Source: Octopus sinensis (taxonomy: Eukaryota). From it: a stretch of 64,000 nucleotides of DNA. Of this stretch, positions 41,712 through 55,299 are shown in pieces (the stretch's first letter is position 1; every line of letters begins with the position of its first letter). The translations under genes were made by a program, and so were the position numbers. The notes beneath the pieces are model-generated. The model was not told where the DNA came from. It searched no databases and worked only from the letters and a program-made list of their open reading frames with translations. The stretch is taken from positions 142,600,001 to 142,664,000 of the forward strand of contig NC_042999.1 in assembly GCF_006345805.1 (NCBI RefSeq), read 5' to 3'.

Positions 41712-42961
41712 TATTCGTTTTGCAAGATTCTTGATGTGAATTCATGTGTTGGAACAGATATTGTTGTATTTGGGGATGGTCATTTTGCCAGTTTAGCCAA
41801 TAAAAACACATGCACTATATATTTGGTGTTCACTTACTTCGGCTTTATTTTATATCAATTGTATTTCGGCCAGAGTTCTTTCGTCACACTTCTGTGACTG
41901 CATCAGTGGTCCTTTGCTTTCTTCTTTCTTTTTGTGTGTTTCTCCTTACTAACTATCTGCCATTTTGTATTCCTGTAGTATGTTTTTATTTGCGCATGCG
42001 TATATCTCTGTGTGCGTCTATGTTTTGTAAGTGTGTATGTGTACGTGTGAATGTGTATGGTGCCTGCATTATCAGTATCCCTGTTTATACATGTTCGTTT
42101 AATTAACTTTTATTTATCTTACTCATTTGTTTATATCTTCTTACTTTTTCATTTCTTTCCTTTTTATATTAATTTAATTTAATTTAATTTTTGTTTATGT
42201 ATATAGTTATTTAATTCCATTTATTTATCTGTGTATTGTATTATTTTCATATTATTATCAGTTTATGGGGATCTTATTCTGTCATAGGCTATGGTGTGTG
42301 GGGTATGTGTGCTAGTGTTCCATTCTAGTTTTCTATTCAGGCTGGGTTTATCTTATATTATGTGTATAGCTTCCGTAATTTGTCTAAGCGTTATGTCTTT
42401 TCTATGTGTGGACACGATTTTAACTTCTGTATTGTTGAGTGAGTCCCCGTGTTGCAGTACGCAGAGCGGAAACAATATAGAAGTTAAAATCTTGTCCGCA
42501 CATAGAACAGACACAACGCTTAGAAAAATTACGGAAGCTATACACATTATAGAAGATAAACCCTGCCTGAATAGAAAACTAGAATGGAACACTAGCACAC
42601 ATGCCCCACACATCACAACCTGTGACAGAATAAGATCCACATAAATACTGATAATGCAGGCACCATACACATTCCCCACCACCATTACACTTACAAAACA
42701 TAGACACACACAGAGATATACGCTTGCGCAAATAAAGACACACACAACAGGAATACAAAATTGCAGATCGTTAGTAAGGAGAGACACACAAAAAAGAAGA
42801 AGAAAAGGACTACTGATAACGTGACAGAAGTGTGACGAAAGAACTCTGGCCTAAATAAGATTTATATAAAATAAAGCTGAAGCAAGTGAACACCAAATAT
42901 ATTGTGCGTGTGTTTTCATTGGCTAAACTGGCAACATGACCATCCATAAATACAACAATAT
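41712..42961. mobile_element. ~1.2-kb palindrome of two head-to-head PLE 3' ends (GIY-YIG C-terminus + terminal repeat + variant HHR)
   Basis: Arms 41758-42436 and 42471-42961; both strands encode EVKI(L/V)SxHRxDxTLRxITEAIHII; HHR-like motifs at 41868-41912 (-) and 42807-42851 (+). Confidence 0.88.
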
Positions 42962-43244
42962 ATGTGTGTGTGTGTGTGTGTGTGTGTTGAGTGTAAGAAG
43001 TGGTGTACAGATGTGTATTGAGAAGAAAAGTCACCAGAATTTTGGAAAAAGTTTTTATTTATTCATTATTATTATCGCTTTCGTTCGTTTTCGAATTTGT
43101 GAAATAAAATTGTGAATGTGCAAGCAGGTTGTTTATTTATATAAATCAGGTGTTTTTTTGTTTTTGCTTAGAAGAGTAAAACATTGTTTTTGCTTTTTTG
43201 TTTTTGGGGGTGAAGTTCCAGGACAATGGAGATATATAGATAGG

Positions 43245-43440
43245 TAGGTAGAGAGAGGGAATAGGGAGGGATTTCTTTTCAAATTGACATGTGTTTGCTA
43301 TTTATTTAGTTAGTTATTTACCATTGTATAGTTCAAGGAGGGTTACCTCTCCAAGATATCAGATTTAGGACAGGGAGTATAATAAAAAAAGGATGGGGTG
43401 CAGTCATCACTGAAAGCATTTTTTTAAGGTGCCAGAAGGA
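43245..43440. repeat. Repeat copy inverted relative to 44950-45160
   Basis: gggagggatttcttttcaaattg...gtcatcactgaaagcattttttaaggtgc versus its reverse complement at 44950-45160. Confidence 0.8.
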
Positions 43441-43489
43441 AGAAAATGTATGCATGTATGAATAATCAGTCGAAACTGCGAAGATAATC

Positions 43490-43625
43490 TGGTACTGGAC
43501 TGAGGAAAGAAAACTTCGAATGACCTGTCCTTGTTTTTTTTGTATCGTCTATCTGGATGTTTTGTTGTCCCATTTTTGTATCATCTAACTGTCCTGATGT
43601 TTTGCGTTCGTGCCTCATTTTGTAT

Positions 43626-43660
<35 letters not shown>

Positions 43661-43870
43661 GAAAAATACAAACTGGGACAAGAACGTAAGACATTTAGAA
43701 GACGATACAAAAAACACGGACGGGACATTCCAAGCCTTCAATCTTCAGTCAAGAACCGGATCATCCTAGCAATTTCGGCTGATTGATCTTGAGATCGCTC
43801 CGATCCGGCCAGCCCCAAGGAAAATCTAAGCTACGAGCATTAGATTTCTTGGAAGAAGGATCGAATGTAT
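43490..43870. repeat. Tail-to-tail pair of PLE-like terminal repeats around (TA)n
   Basis: gtatcgtc..gatgttttgcgttc..cattttgtatt / aatacaaactgggacaagaacgt..gacgatac; same family as the 871-981 hairpin. Confidence 0.65.
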
Positions 43871-43877
43871 ACGAAAC

Positions 43878-43925
<48 letters not shown>

Positions 43926-44082
43926 GCGCGTATTTTCCCTTGTTAACAATTGACACGGAAAAGATAAAGAGTTACCAGGGTAGCAAAAAATCACACAAGT
44001 AAAAAGGTTGTAACTCCTTGTTTTTAAAGGTAGAAACTCTGGGTTTACGTGAAATATTTTGTATAATATATAAATATATCTA

Positions 44083-44394
44083 AATGGAGTTAAACGCAGG
44101 TGCTGTTCATATTCTTTTACTTCTTTCTTTTACCCCTCCTCTTTCTATAGGCTACCTTTGACGTTATATCCTCTAACGTTTTTTAAAAAATAAACTTAAT
44201 AGCGTTCAGTTAATCACTATACATATCCATCATATTCTGTTAAAATGTCTTATTGACGAGTTTCATTTCTTCATTTCCCTGAAGAGAAGATTACATTGTT
44301 TTACGCCATTTTATTCCTTTAGAATAATATCATTGATATCTTCGAAACATGTGTCGGAAGTAAAAGAATTTGAATAATACCTGCGTTTAACTCC

Positions 44395-44396
<2 letters not shown>
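44083..44396 (+). mobile_element. Short element with ~40-bp inverted termini and an internal hammerhead (44273-44361)
   Basis: atggagttaaacgcaggt..attcttttactt / aagtaaaagaat..acctgcgtttaactccat; atttcc CTGAAGA gaagat..atcttc GAAAC atgt GTC ggaagt. Confidence 0.8.
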
Positions 44397-44448
<52 letters not shown>

Positions 44449-44487
44449 ATATATATATAATATATATATATATATAATATATATATA

Positions 44488-44527
<40 letters not shown>

Positions 44528-44888
44528 TGGATATTCTAACTTTACATATTTTTCTAATTTGTAAATATTGTTTGTTCATGCATGGGAAAACTCTCATAGA
44601 GCTTTTTATTTTTTTTCTGACACCTTAAGGAACGAAAAAAATACACTGCTACTGTTGTTTCTGCTCCAATATATGTATAACATGATACCAATCTCTATAA
44701 CATCGGGTTTTATTTTCCTAATTTGTAAATATTGTACTAATGTTTGTTCATGCAAAAACATGAACTTAAAAGAAGCCTGACTTTATTTTTTAGTGCAAAA
44801 CATCGTATTTACAGGGTAGATATAGACATATTTCCAAATACATGAACTCACAGGCACACATACATGTATACGCGCGCACACACACATA

Positions 44889-44930
<42 letters not shown>

Positions 44931-45174
44931 ATTTTTCATAGAACCTCTTATCTCCCTTCTAGCACCTTAAAAAATGCTTTCAGTGATGACGACACCCCAT
45001 CCTCTTTTCATTATTCTCCTCATCCTAAAACTGACATCTTGGAGATATCTCCATCCTTGAACTCATGTCAATAGCTAAACAATGGTAAATAACTAACTGA
45101 AAAAATAAATGATAAATACATGCCAAATTGAAAAGAAATCCCTCCCTCTTCTCTCTCTATACCTATCTATCTCC

Positions 45175-45253
<79 letters not shown>

Positions 45254-45309
45254 CATACATACATATACACACATACACACATATATATACATATACACAT
45301 ATATATCAG

Positions 45310-45752
45310 CATCATCTATCCGCTCAGTCGAAGTTGACTCTCAGTCACTCGTTGGATCAGTGTCCTCCAGTCAGTTCTATCTTGGGCCGCTTCTTTCAGA
45401 TTGGCTATGTCCATTCCGGTATCACTTTTGATGGTGTCTAGCCAGCGGGTTCTTGGTCGGCCTCTTCCTCTCTTGCCACTGACAATTCCGAGCATGATGT
45501 CTTTCTCCAGGGATTTTCTCCGCATAATATGACCAAAATATGCTAATCTATGCTTGGTGATCCTAGCTTCTAGCGACATTTTCGGCCTGATCTGCTTAAG
45601 AACTTCTCCATTGGTGAGCCTCGCTGTCCATGGAATCCGTAAAAGTCTTCTCCAATACCAAAGCTCGAATGCATTAATTCTCTTCTGGTCAGCTTTCTTT
45701 AGTGTCCAGGTCTCGCATCCATATGTTGCTATTGGGAAGACAATTGCATTCA
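45310..45752 (-). mobile_element. RTE/BovB-like LINE 3' fragment
   Basis: VFPIATYGCETWTL...INAFELW.WRRLLRIPWTAR...YFGHIMRR.SLEK.IMLG...GKRGRGRPRTRWLD. Confidence 0.92.
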
Positions 45753-46170
45753 CATATATATACATATACACATACATACATACACACATATATACACACA
45801 TATATACACACATACGCACACATACATATATACATATATATATATAACATAATGTAACACTCACAGACACACACACATGTTTATACATTTATACATATTT
45901 ACATACATACATCGAAAAGAGACATAAAGCATTTTTAAAATAAAGTATATCGATTAATTAATATGAAGATAGCATTTTCTAGAGACATGTAAATAGTTTA
46001 TATGAAGTATTGTGATAAATTAATTCCATGAGATAGATGATATCAATAAATATTCGTATACTCAAATATATATATGTGAAAATATCTATGAGTTATGCTC
46101 GTAGATTTTTATAAGAGACAAAGAAATAAACCCTAGGGAAAATATATTTGAATTCATCCGCATCGTCGTG

Positions 46171-46209
<39 letters not shown>

Positions 46210-46345
46210 ACTTATTGAGATATGGATAACTTCTGCATAACTGGTAGACATATATGTTGCTAAATTACGCAGTAAAACGCCTGCATTACAGAAATTAAGT
46301 CAAGATTTTAATGTAATTAGATGTGATGTTGGAGAGTTGGTATTG

Positions 46346-46377
<32 letters not shown>

Positions 46378-46598
46378 GGTGGAGGTGGTGCTGCTGCTGC
46401 TGCTGATGATGATGATGCTGATGCTGATGATGAAGAGGAGGCGGAGGAAGAGAAGAGGAGAAGGAGGAAGAAAAGAAGTAAGAGGTGAAAGAAGAGGAAG
46501 AGAAAGAGAAGGAAGATGATGACGATGATGATAATGATGATGATCATGACGACGATGATGACGACACTGACATTTCAGCAATGAAGATAATGAAAGTG

Positions 46599-46644
<46 letters not shown>

Positions 46645-46699
46645 GTTTATTCCACATTATGAATATAAAATGCTGTTTTGATTTCTTCATGCTAACAAT

Positions 46700-47300
46700 C
46701 AAGTCTTAGAAGACTTTTATTATTCAGTTGTCTTATTTTTATTGCATGCTTTCACTTAACAACGGACCAAAGCTCTGGGTATATTGGATTTGTGTGATGT
46801 TTTGTTTTGTTTCTGTTCTTTTTTTCTATAGTATTGAGTGTGTAAACAGTAGTATATTCCAATCCATATTTGGGCCATTTTTGTACGTTGTGTAAGTCCT
46901 GAGGTTTTCGCTAAATATTTGTCTGTGTAGATTTCCATCCATCCAAAGGCACCTATTATTATGGTATTTGTGTATTTTCAATTCTCACTGTCGCCTATTG
47001 AAATTGATACATCGAAGAGGTGGTATTTATTCTCTTGTCTTTGACAGTAATATATGGTCAAGAGGCCTTTATGATTCACAGTATGGACCCTTTATCGTTC
47101 TCTGAGACGTTCTGTAGTATATGTTTTTGTCGGCAACTTCCACGAATATCACATGAGAAGGAAGAGAAAAGCACAGAGAAAAGCATTGAGTCAAATTTCT
47201 GAAAAAGTGGTTGAGATCAACTGAAATGTGGTTGGGTGTGTCAACTCAGAGGATGCATCCCTGTAGTGTCCTTCATCCGATACCCCTGTGCTAATAAAGA

Positions 47301-47340
<40 letters not shown>

Positions 47341-48175
47341 TATTATTATTATTTTATGCTTGACTTTTGCATTACATTTGTACAAGTTGGCTCCAAGTCT
47401 CACCCAGAGACCTCAAGAAACAACAAGTTAGAAGTTCAAGTTGGTGTTATTCCTATTTGGTTTTGTACATAGTGTTCTAGAGAATGTTTAAGAAACCATA
47501 AGAAAATTATGTTTGTTTTAAGACTTGAGATTACATAGAAAGTATTTTGCGTAGGATATGAGCAGTTCCCATGAGCACTATCTTTTGAATTTCTGTCATT
47601 TTTGGGTTTCCTGTTATCTGAGCTAGGTAGCAATCAATCCCTTTTGCTATCATTCCCAGGGAACCCATGGCAACAGGTATTGTTTTAGTCTTCAGGTTCC
47701 ACATTTTGCTAATTTCTATTTCAAGATCTTTATATATGCTCAGTTTTTGTTGGAACTCCTGGATGTGTAGTGAGCTGGCTGCCCGCAGCCTACGGTACCA
47801 TGTTATTTCTTCTTTTCAACCACCTAGTACTTTTCTGATGATTCTGGCCGTGCCAAGGAGGCAAACCTTTTGTAACAGTTCTACTGGGCACTCTATTCCG
47901 ATTTTTTTATATTGCTCTTATATTCCAAGGACCCAACAATAATTGGCACTATCTTCACCTTCATTTTCCACAGTCGAGCTAACTCGTTTTTAAGAGAATT
48001 GTATATATCTATTTTTAAACCTCCTTTCTTCGCTATTCGCGTGTCAAAGGGGCACGCAACATCAATTATAGAGGATATGTGGTTCACCTTGTCCACCATC
48101 ACTAGATCTGATTTGTGCTCAAGCCTGATTTGTTTAGATTGGGAAGTCCCACAAGATTTTTCAAGTCTCTAACTC
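46700..48175 (-). mobile_element. Stack of R4/Dong-like RLE retrotransposon 3' fragments around (TAA)n
   Basis: IIDVACPFD...KIDIYNSLKNELARLWKMKVKIVPIIVGSL; 47350-47750 matches 54545-54980; further remnant ~46830-47020. Confidence 0.8.
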
Positions 48176-48236
48176 CACCAATCTGTGTTTTGTCTTATTA
48201 TCGTCGTTGTTGTCGGCGTTGTCTTCATCGTCGTCG

Positions 48237-48287
<51 letters not shown>

Positions 48288-48904
48288 CCACCATCATACT
48301 GACAGATTTTTTTTCATTTAATGAGCATCTTTGTCTCAAGAGTTCTTTGATTCTGAAGGCTCTTTTAATCTTATATTTCTGTACTGTTTCTTTCTTTTAC
48401 TTCTTTTTCAGTTGTGTTCCATCGTTGTTGATTTCATTAAGATTTACGAGTTGTGTTTCATTTTCTTTTTCTCTATATTTATTTTCCATGTTGTTTGCAT
48501 GGATTTCAATATTTCCCCAAGCGTAAATCTAACAAGGATCCACTTTCCATTGTAACTGTTATGGTTACTGTGCTAATAATTTCGTTTAATCTGATCAGTA
48601 CCAGTTTTGCTTGAGCTTTATCCTTGGGATGCGCTTTCGTTGATCCACTGAAGATCTATAAACTTTCATTCTTTGAAGAAATCGTAGAGGACGATGTGGG
48701 TAAATTGCTAGTGTCCTATAGAGAAAGTTTACTTAACGTGTAACCGATGTTAGAAGAAAAGAAAACTGCGAATATAGATAAGAATACGAAATTTCACCAA
48801 ACTGTACTTAAACTGACTGCAAAGAGTATTATTAAAAGGTTGGCAGTTATATAAAAAGGGCTTACAAGTTTTTGCTGATAACAACTCTTATATTAGTACG
48901 TTTA

Positions 48905-49160
48905 AATATTTGTTGTGCAAGATTTTTTATGTGAAGTCGTGTGTTGAAACAGATATTGTTGTATTTAGGAATGGTCATTTTGCCAGTTTAGCCAATAAAA
49001 ACACACGCACTATATATTTGGTGTTACTTTGCTTCAGTGTTATTTATTTTTTACATTAATCTTAATCTTATTTCGGCCAGAGTTCTTTCGTCACACTCCT
49101 GTGACCGCATCAGTGGTCCTTTGTTTTCTTCTTACTTATTTGTGTCTCTCCTTACTAACC
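48905..49160 (-). mobile_element. Solo copy of the 41.7-kb PLE terminal repeat with variant HHR (49075-49119)
   Basis: Highly similar to 41715-41950. Confidence 0.85.
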
Positions 49161-50252
49161 GTCAGCCATATTGAGTGTAAGATAAAAATTATAGGAAGAG
49201 TTTGCAATGAGTTCAGTTCGTACAATGAGCTATGCAAAAAGAGATGATGCACCATGAACATCCAACAACTTTGCATATATTCTTCGTTCCTCAAGCTTAC
49301 GCTGATGATTGAGAATTGTATAATAGAAGATAGTAGTGTCCCTCATCCTGCCTGTAACTCTAATTCCATCATTACCCCTCACACAATGGTCAACATCTGC
49401 TAGAAGAACGTACCTTATTATGAACCTTACTTACCCCCTAACATATTTCTCTGCTGAGGTTTTTATGTGTACATGTAATATGTATATTTAGAAACATATT
49501 TTCATTCTTAAAATTGGTCATATGCTTGTTTTCTGTTTCCGTTTTGTTTTTGCTATTGTTTTTCCAAAAAAGAAAAAAAAAACGTCAGAACGCAGGCTTA
49601 ATTCATAATATGAAAATCAATGGGGAGATTAATTTTGTGTTCCAAGATTTCACGTTACAAGTTATTCAAGAACGCACTACTTCCGTAACGCGGGGGATTT
49701 CTGCACACAATGTCTCTGTTTTCATTTCTATTTTTCTGTCCGATTTTTTTCTGCCGACAACAAAATGATTGATAACTTGTCCATGTAATGTCACTTCACA
49801 TGTTGCTTTTGTGGCAAATAATAGAAATGATCATGTTAATAACGGTCGTGATGGAAAAAATGCTAATATTTTCTATTATTGGATATAAGAAATTAATTAC
49901 AAAAAACATAAGTTGGTGCATTATAAAAAATTGTTACACTGGAATATAAATAAGAATACAGAAAATGAAGAATATATTTAATATATGTGCGCATGGATGT
50001 GTGTGTGTGTGTGTGTGTGGTGTGTGTGTGTGTGTGTGTGTTCACGCGAGCAAAAGTTTTTTGTCATTTTATATATTTCATATTATGTTCTATTCGTGTT
50101 AATGTTGTCTATACAAGCCAATCTATCTAGATGTCCTATTGTTTATTGTCTCTCATCACTATCTACATTCACCCATACCTCCATACCCGGACATGTTGTG
50201 TATATATAATATGTACAGAAATGAGTGTGCAGACAGATGATAGACAACCGCG

Positions 50253-50296
<44 letters not shown>

Positions 50297-50490
50297 AAAC
50301 GTGCGTTTAAAAAGTATTCAACTTTATTTGTTCCCGCCATAATTAATACAACATGGGCAAAATCATTTGGATGTGAGGTTACGTCACCCTTCCTACACAA
50401 GGCTAAAAAACTTTCGCGCCGGTAGGCTGCGTCAGTTTATGGCTGTTACGCCTTGAGTACAGACGTCGGATACTTTCTGAATGCCCCTCG
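50297..50490. mobile_element. Decayed mariner-type MITE
   Basis: Right end gtcggatactttctgaatgcccctcg|TA; degenerate left end cgtttaaaaagtattcaac. Confidence 0.55.
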
Positions 50491-50766
50491 TATAAAACTT
50501 GGCTACCAAATTATCTAGCGCGAGTGATTGTCATCGGTGTTGACCATAAATTTACCTTCTGCGGTTTGTCCGATTTGTAAATCCAAATTCAAACACCGAA
50601 TAGATTCAGTCTAAGGTTACAGAGTAGAGCAGTAAGACACAAGGGAATGGAACACAATTCTGCAATGTAGTGACTATGTGTATTAATCCCATATTTGATT
50701 GACTAAAGTTCTACAGAGATTAAGAAATTTAACACACCTCTATGCTTATCAAAGCTATATCACACT

Positions 50767-52848
50767 CAGTGGCGGATCTACCATAACACTAATGAAGTTT
50801 AAACTCCAGGGCCACTAATTCCAGAGGGACCCCTCTGAAGCAACTTAATTTTTTCATTCTGTCGATAATTTCGTATTTGTATTTTGTCATGCAGATTGCT
50901 GTTACCAGTCTTAGTGGACATCATATCATACTCCTACGCAGAGTCTAAACACGCAGTGTCTAGACACGATTTGTTCACCTGCTGTTTCTGCTGGTGTGGA
51001 GTAGCATAAAAAACTTAAGTATAAACGACTCGCAGATAATTCGCTTTACTTGAATTATTTTGGAAACTTCGGCCCTGCCCATCCAGTTGTCAAATATATC
51101 TACTACTACATCAGCACGATAGAGATAAGAATTCTTATTTTCCTACCATTATTTAATGACCAATGAAAGGGTTTGCCTCCTAATTTTGGACTTACAATCT
51201 GTTCAGTAACAAAGCATTTTTGTTTTACTTTAAAAATTGTTTGAATATCACCTTGAAAAATTCTTCATTTATGACTATATATTAAGTTGTGGACCCTTTA
51301 CTTGATCAATCTGTCTCGCTGTAACTAATGAAAATATTACCCTAATTTTTTTTCACAGAGGTCTAGGCCCCAAGTGGAATAGCAATGTCTTCTAGAAAGT
51401 AATTAAGTAGATACCAGAAACGCCAGCTCAAGGAAAAGCAATCTAACGAAATTTCTAGGCGTCAAACATTATCAAACTATTTTACAATGTCAAATAAAAG
51501 TTTGTCATCACCTACAACTGAAACAAGCCATACAAGCACCAGTGAAATCAATGATAGGGAAGAAACCATGAGTGCTCTGTACCTAAAGTTGTTGACTATT
51601 TTGGCATCTTGCAGCAGCTGTATGTTTTCTTTTCTGAATCCCCTCGAAGATGGGGGATTTTTAACACACAGGGCAATCTAGCCTTTTCTCTAAAGAGCTT
51701 AAGTGTAACTAGATGGTCTGTACACTATTGCCTTCTGCTAGCATCTTTGCTTTCATTTGTTAAAGAACTACAAGAAAATTCAGATGACAGGAACGCACAC
51801 TAGGAATCAGTAGCAAAAGGTTTATGTGAATATATCACCTCAAATTATTCTGATGTTTCTAAATGCATTATTACAAAGAAATTTACAGATGGAACAAGTG
51901 ATAGGGCTTCTTGGAAAGGGGCTGAAAATTTAGAATAGAAGATCTAAATTAAGTCTATGACTGCTTGATAATCCAGTTAAGCAGGAGGATAGACCCATAT
52001 GAGCAGATTGCAAAAAGGTTCAAGTTTCTCTCAGAATTGACGAATAATTCAGAATTTGATGAGAACAGTATCAAACTTATGATATCATATTACAAAGACG
52101 ATATTGACCAAAAATTAATAAATGAATGTCATCAGTTCAAAGAGTATTTGCACCTTAGGAAATCCCGGAACACAGAAGAAAACACACCATCTAAAATACA
52201 ATGTACAGAAGTTCTTCAGCTTATTTATGAGCAACAGTTAATTGAAGTGTCCCCTAATGTGACCACTGCACATAAGCTGTACTTGACAATGCCTATCATG
52301 AGCTGTGAAGCAGAAAGGAGTTCCTCAAAGCTTTCCTTTGTAAAAAATAATTTCGGTCTACCATGACTGAAGAGCACTTAAATTCCTTATGTCTCTAGAA
52401 AAATGACATTGCAATGAAGCTATCATGACAAAACTATTGCTACAAAAAAACAGAAAAAAGAGTATTTTGTAATTTTCAGATGTATCTTAACGATGCATCA
52501 GGCATGTATATAACGCTTCCCTAATTTTCAACCCCCATAATTCTAAAATATAAGGCATAGCCTGGAAAATATTTGTTGTAATCTTCCATGGAACAACCAC
52601 ATCGACAAAGATATCGGTGATTACCCACATCTCGTTTCTGATGGGAAGAGGGCTCACTTTCAGACTCATTTTTAAGGAATCCACATCACAACTCTACCAT
52701 CTGGGCTATCAGGGCCTGAGGCTGGAGCTCCTTGCAAGGGCACGAAAATTTTTTTACCCTTGTTGGATGTTACCCTACTGTCGCTGGTTGTAAAGGGGCT
52801 CCCTTTAACATTTTAAGCTTCAGGGCCCCAATATTGTAGATCCGCCTG
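50767..52848 (+). mobile_element. Decayed, internally deleted hAT transposon
   Basis: TIRs cagtggcggatcta / tagatccgcctg; KSLSVTRWS; hAT dimerization motif PNVTTAHKLYLTMPIMSCEAERSSSKLSFVKN (ORF 51965-52366); TSD not recognisable. Confidence 0.85.
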
Positions 52849-53432
52849 GAATGGAGATCATGTTAAGAAGATAAACAATATTTGACCAGTATGAAAGGTA
52901 GGGAGGTATATCTACTTGGAAACTGTATTTATCAAATCATGATAGAATTGTATTATGACATGGTAAAATTTCTATCGCGTTTAAACTATCATTGACCCTT
53001 TCTTATACACATCGGAAGCATGTAGAGTTAAGCTGTTCATTAGATATATTATTTAGATCGTGATGGAAATATTATTTGATCAGTATTAATTCTAAATATA
53101 AATTATGAGTGGAAGACAAGTTGAGTTAATGAGAATTCCAAAGGGGAATAATCAATATAATTCCCTTAGGAAGATATTCTATTTTTGGAAAAAATAATTT
53201 TCTTAAGGGAATAAATATTTAAACTTTAAGATAATTGTAGTATGGTTGAGATAACTTTAGATAAATTTTTAAAATAAATGAAGAATAAATTATAGAATAA
53301 AACAAAAAATAATAAAAATAATTTTTAAATAATCAATTTTCGAAATTAAAAAAAAAACTAATAGCAATAATAATAACAATGACAGCAGTGACAATTATAA
53401 TAACAATGATAATTTAGATAAGTATAATAATT

Positions 53433-53721
53433 TGTTGTGTCTGGGGAGAATCATTTTCTTTTTGTGCCTTATTATGTAACACACTCACCGGTAAAATTTC
53501 CATTTTTCTTCTTATTTTTATGGTCCTAGAATTTTCGTTGCGTCTTGCAACCTTTTCAATAGTTTCGACTCTAAAACTATTCGAGTCAAAACTATCGAAA
53601 AGGTTGCAAGACGCAACGAAAATTTTAGGACAATAAAAATAAGAAAAAAAATGGAAATTTTACCAGTGAGTGTGTTATATAATAAGGCACAAAAAGAAAA
53701 TGACTCTCCCCAGACACAACA
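53433..53721. repeat. ~290-bp palindrome (~138-bp arms, 11-nt loop); each arm carries an HHR-like motif
   Basis: tgttgtgtctggggag...cgactc | gagtc...ctccccagacacaaca. Confidence 0.9.
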
Positions 53722-54477
53722 GAATATGCTTCAACACACGAACCCATATAAAGAATCTTGCAAACCAAATCCAAAAACGAAATATAATAATTTGATACTC
53801 TTTGATACAATACATATTATTTATCTTTTAAATAATACTAGCTCTGTTAAGTGTATTAATATACTGGACTGAGGGGAAGACACAACCTATTAAATTAGGG
53901 TACACCAATCAGTGCTCCATTTATAGAGAGAGGTTTAAAGGTTCTTCTGAATAAATATGAACATATGAAATGTTTCCTCGAGGAAATTTCCCACTATTAG
54001 ATGGTAGTGCTCTACACTTATGGGCCATTTATAAATCGTAACTAACAAACCCTTCTTTGAAGATCCATACGAATTTACTTAAAGAAGTGACGTTTTCTTC
54101 TTTTTTTTATCTTTTCCATGCCTAAACGAAGAAACGCGATTATATATTGCCGCCTTAAAATTAGTTGCACAAACGATATAATAGTAGTACATACCCCTGT
54201 TATTACTGATCACTTATAAATTAAGTTTTTAAGCATCGGTTATTTAATGTATATTTTAGACAATTTTTATAATTACATAACCGGTTAAACATATTACTGA
54301 GAGATTTTTCATCTGAAAAGCGCACACTCTATCTTTAGTCAATATTACATGATGAGCTATAAATCACTTCTGTAATAATGTATGATACTTTTGATATACA
54401 CATGCTTTCCTTATTCAAGCTAGATATTTCAGACTTATTATATATAATACTAGGTTGTTTTCCATCACCACTGTTCC

Positions 54478-54544
<67 letters not shown>

Positions 54545-54545
<1 letters not shown>

Positions 54546-55212
54546 TATGTTTGACTTTTGCTTTATGTCTGTACAAGTTGGCTCCAGTCTCACCCAGAGA
54601 CCTCAAGAGACAACAGGTTGGAAGTTCTATGCCATATATTTGGGGGGGGGGTTGTTTTTTGGTGTTGTACTAGTGAATGTCTAATACATAAAAATAAAAT
54701 TTAAAAAATTAAAAATAAAATAAAATAAATAAATAAATAAATATAAAAAAGTTTGTTTTAAACCTTGGGATTACATAGAGAGTATTTTGCGTAGGATATG
54801 AGCAGTTCCCATGAGCACTATCTTTTGAATTTCTGCCATTTTGGGGTTTCCTGGTATCTGAGTTAGGTAGCAATTAGTCCCTTTCGCTATCATTCCTATG
54901 ACAACAGGTATTGTTTTAGACTTCAGCTTCCACATTTTGCTGATTTCTATTTCAAGATCTTTATATTTGCTCAGTTTTTGGTAGGTCTTGACAGATATGT
55001 TTATATCGATTGGGACAGTCATATAAATGAGGAGGCATGTTCTTTGTCTGAAGTCTTTCAATATGATGTCTGGCCTATTTACATCTATCTTCCTGTCAGT
55101 TTTAATGGTGAAGTTCCAGAGGAGTGAGATGTGGTCATTTTCAAGCACTGGAGGTGGATTGTGTCCCCACCAGTTTTTTTCATGGGGCAAATCCAGGTTT
55201 TTGCAAATTACC
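54545..55212 (-). mobile_element. R4/Dong-like retrotransposon 3' end within (TAA)n
   Basis: LWNFTIKTDRKIDVNRPDII...KLSKYKDLEIEISKMW...PVVIG; (TTA)n on both sides. Confidence 0.9.
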
Positions 55213-55245
<33 letters not shown>

Positions 55246-55299
55246 CATTATTATTATTATTATTATTATTATCATTATTATTATTATTATTATTATAAA

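Noticed and set aside
43497-43530. ctgagga..cgaat (and ctgaaga on the minus strand near 43750) as a hammerhead
   Set aside because: No GAAA and weak stem II in both copies; not counted.
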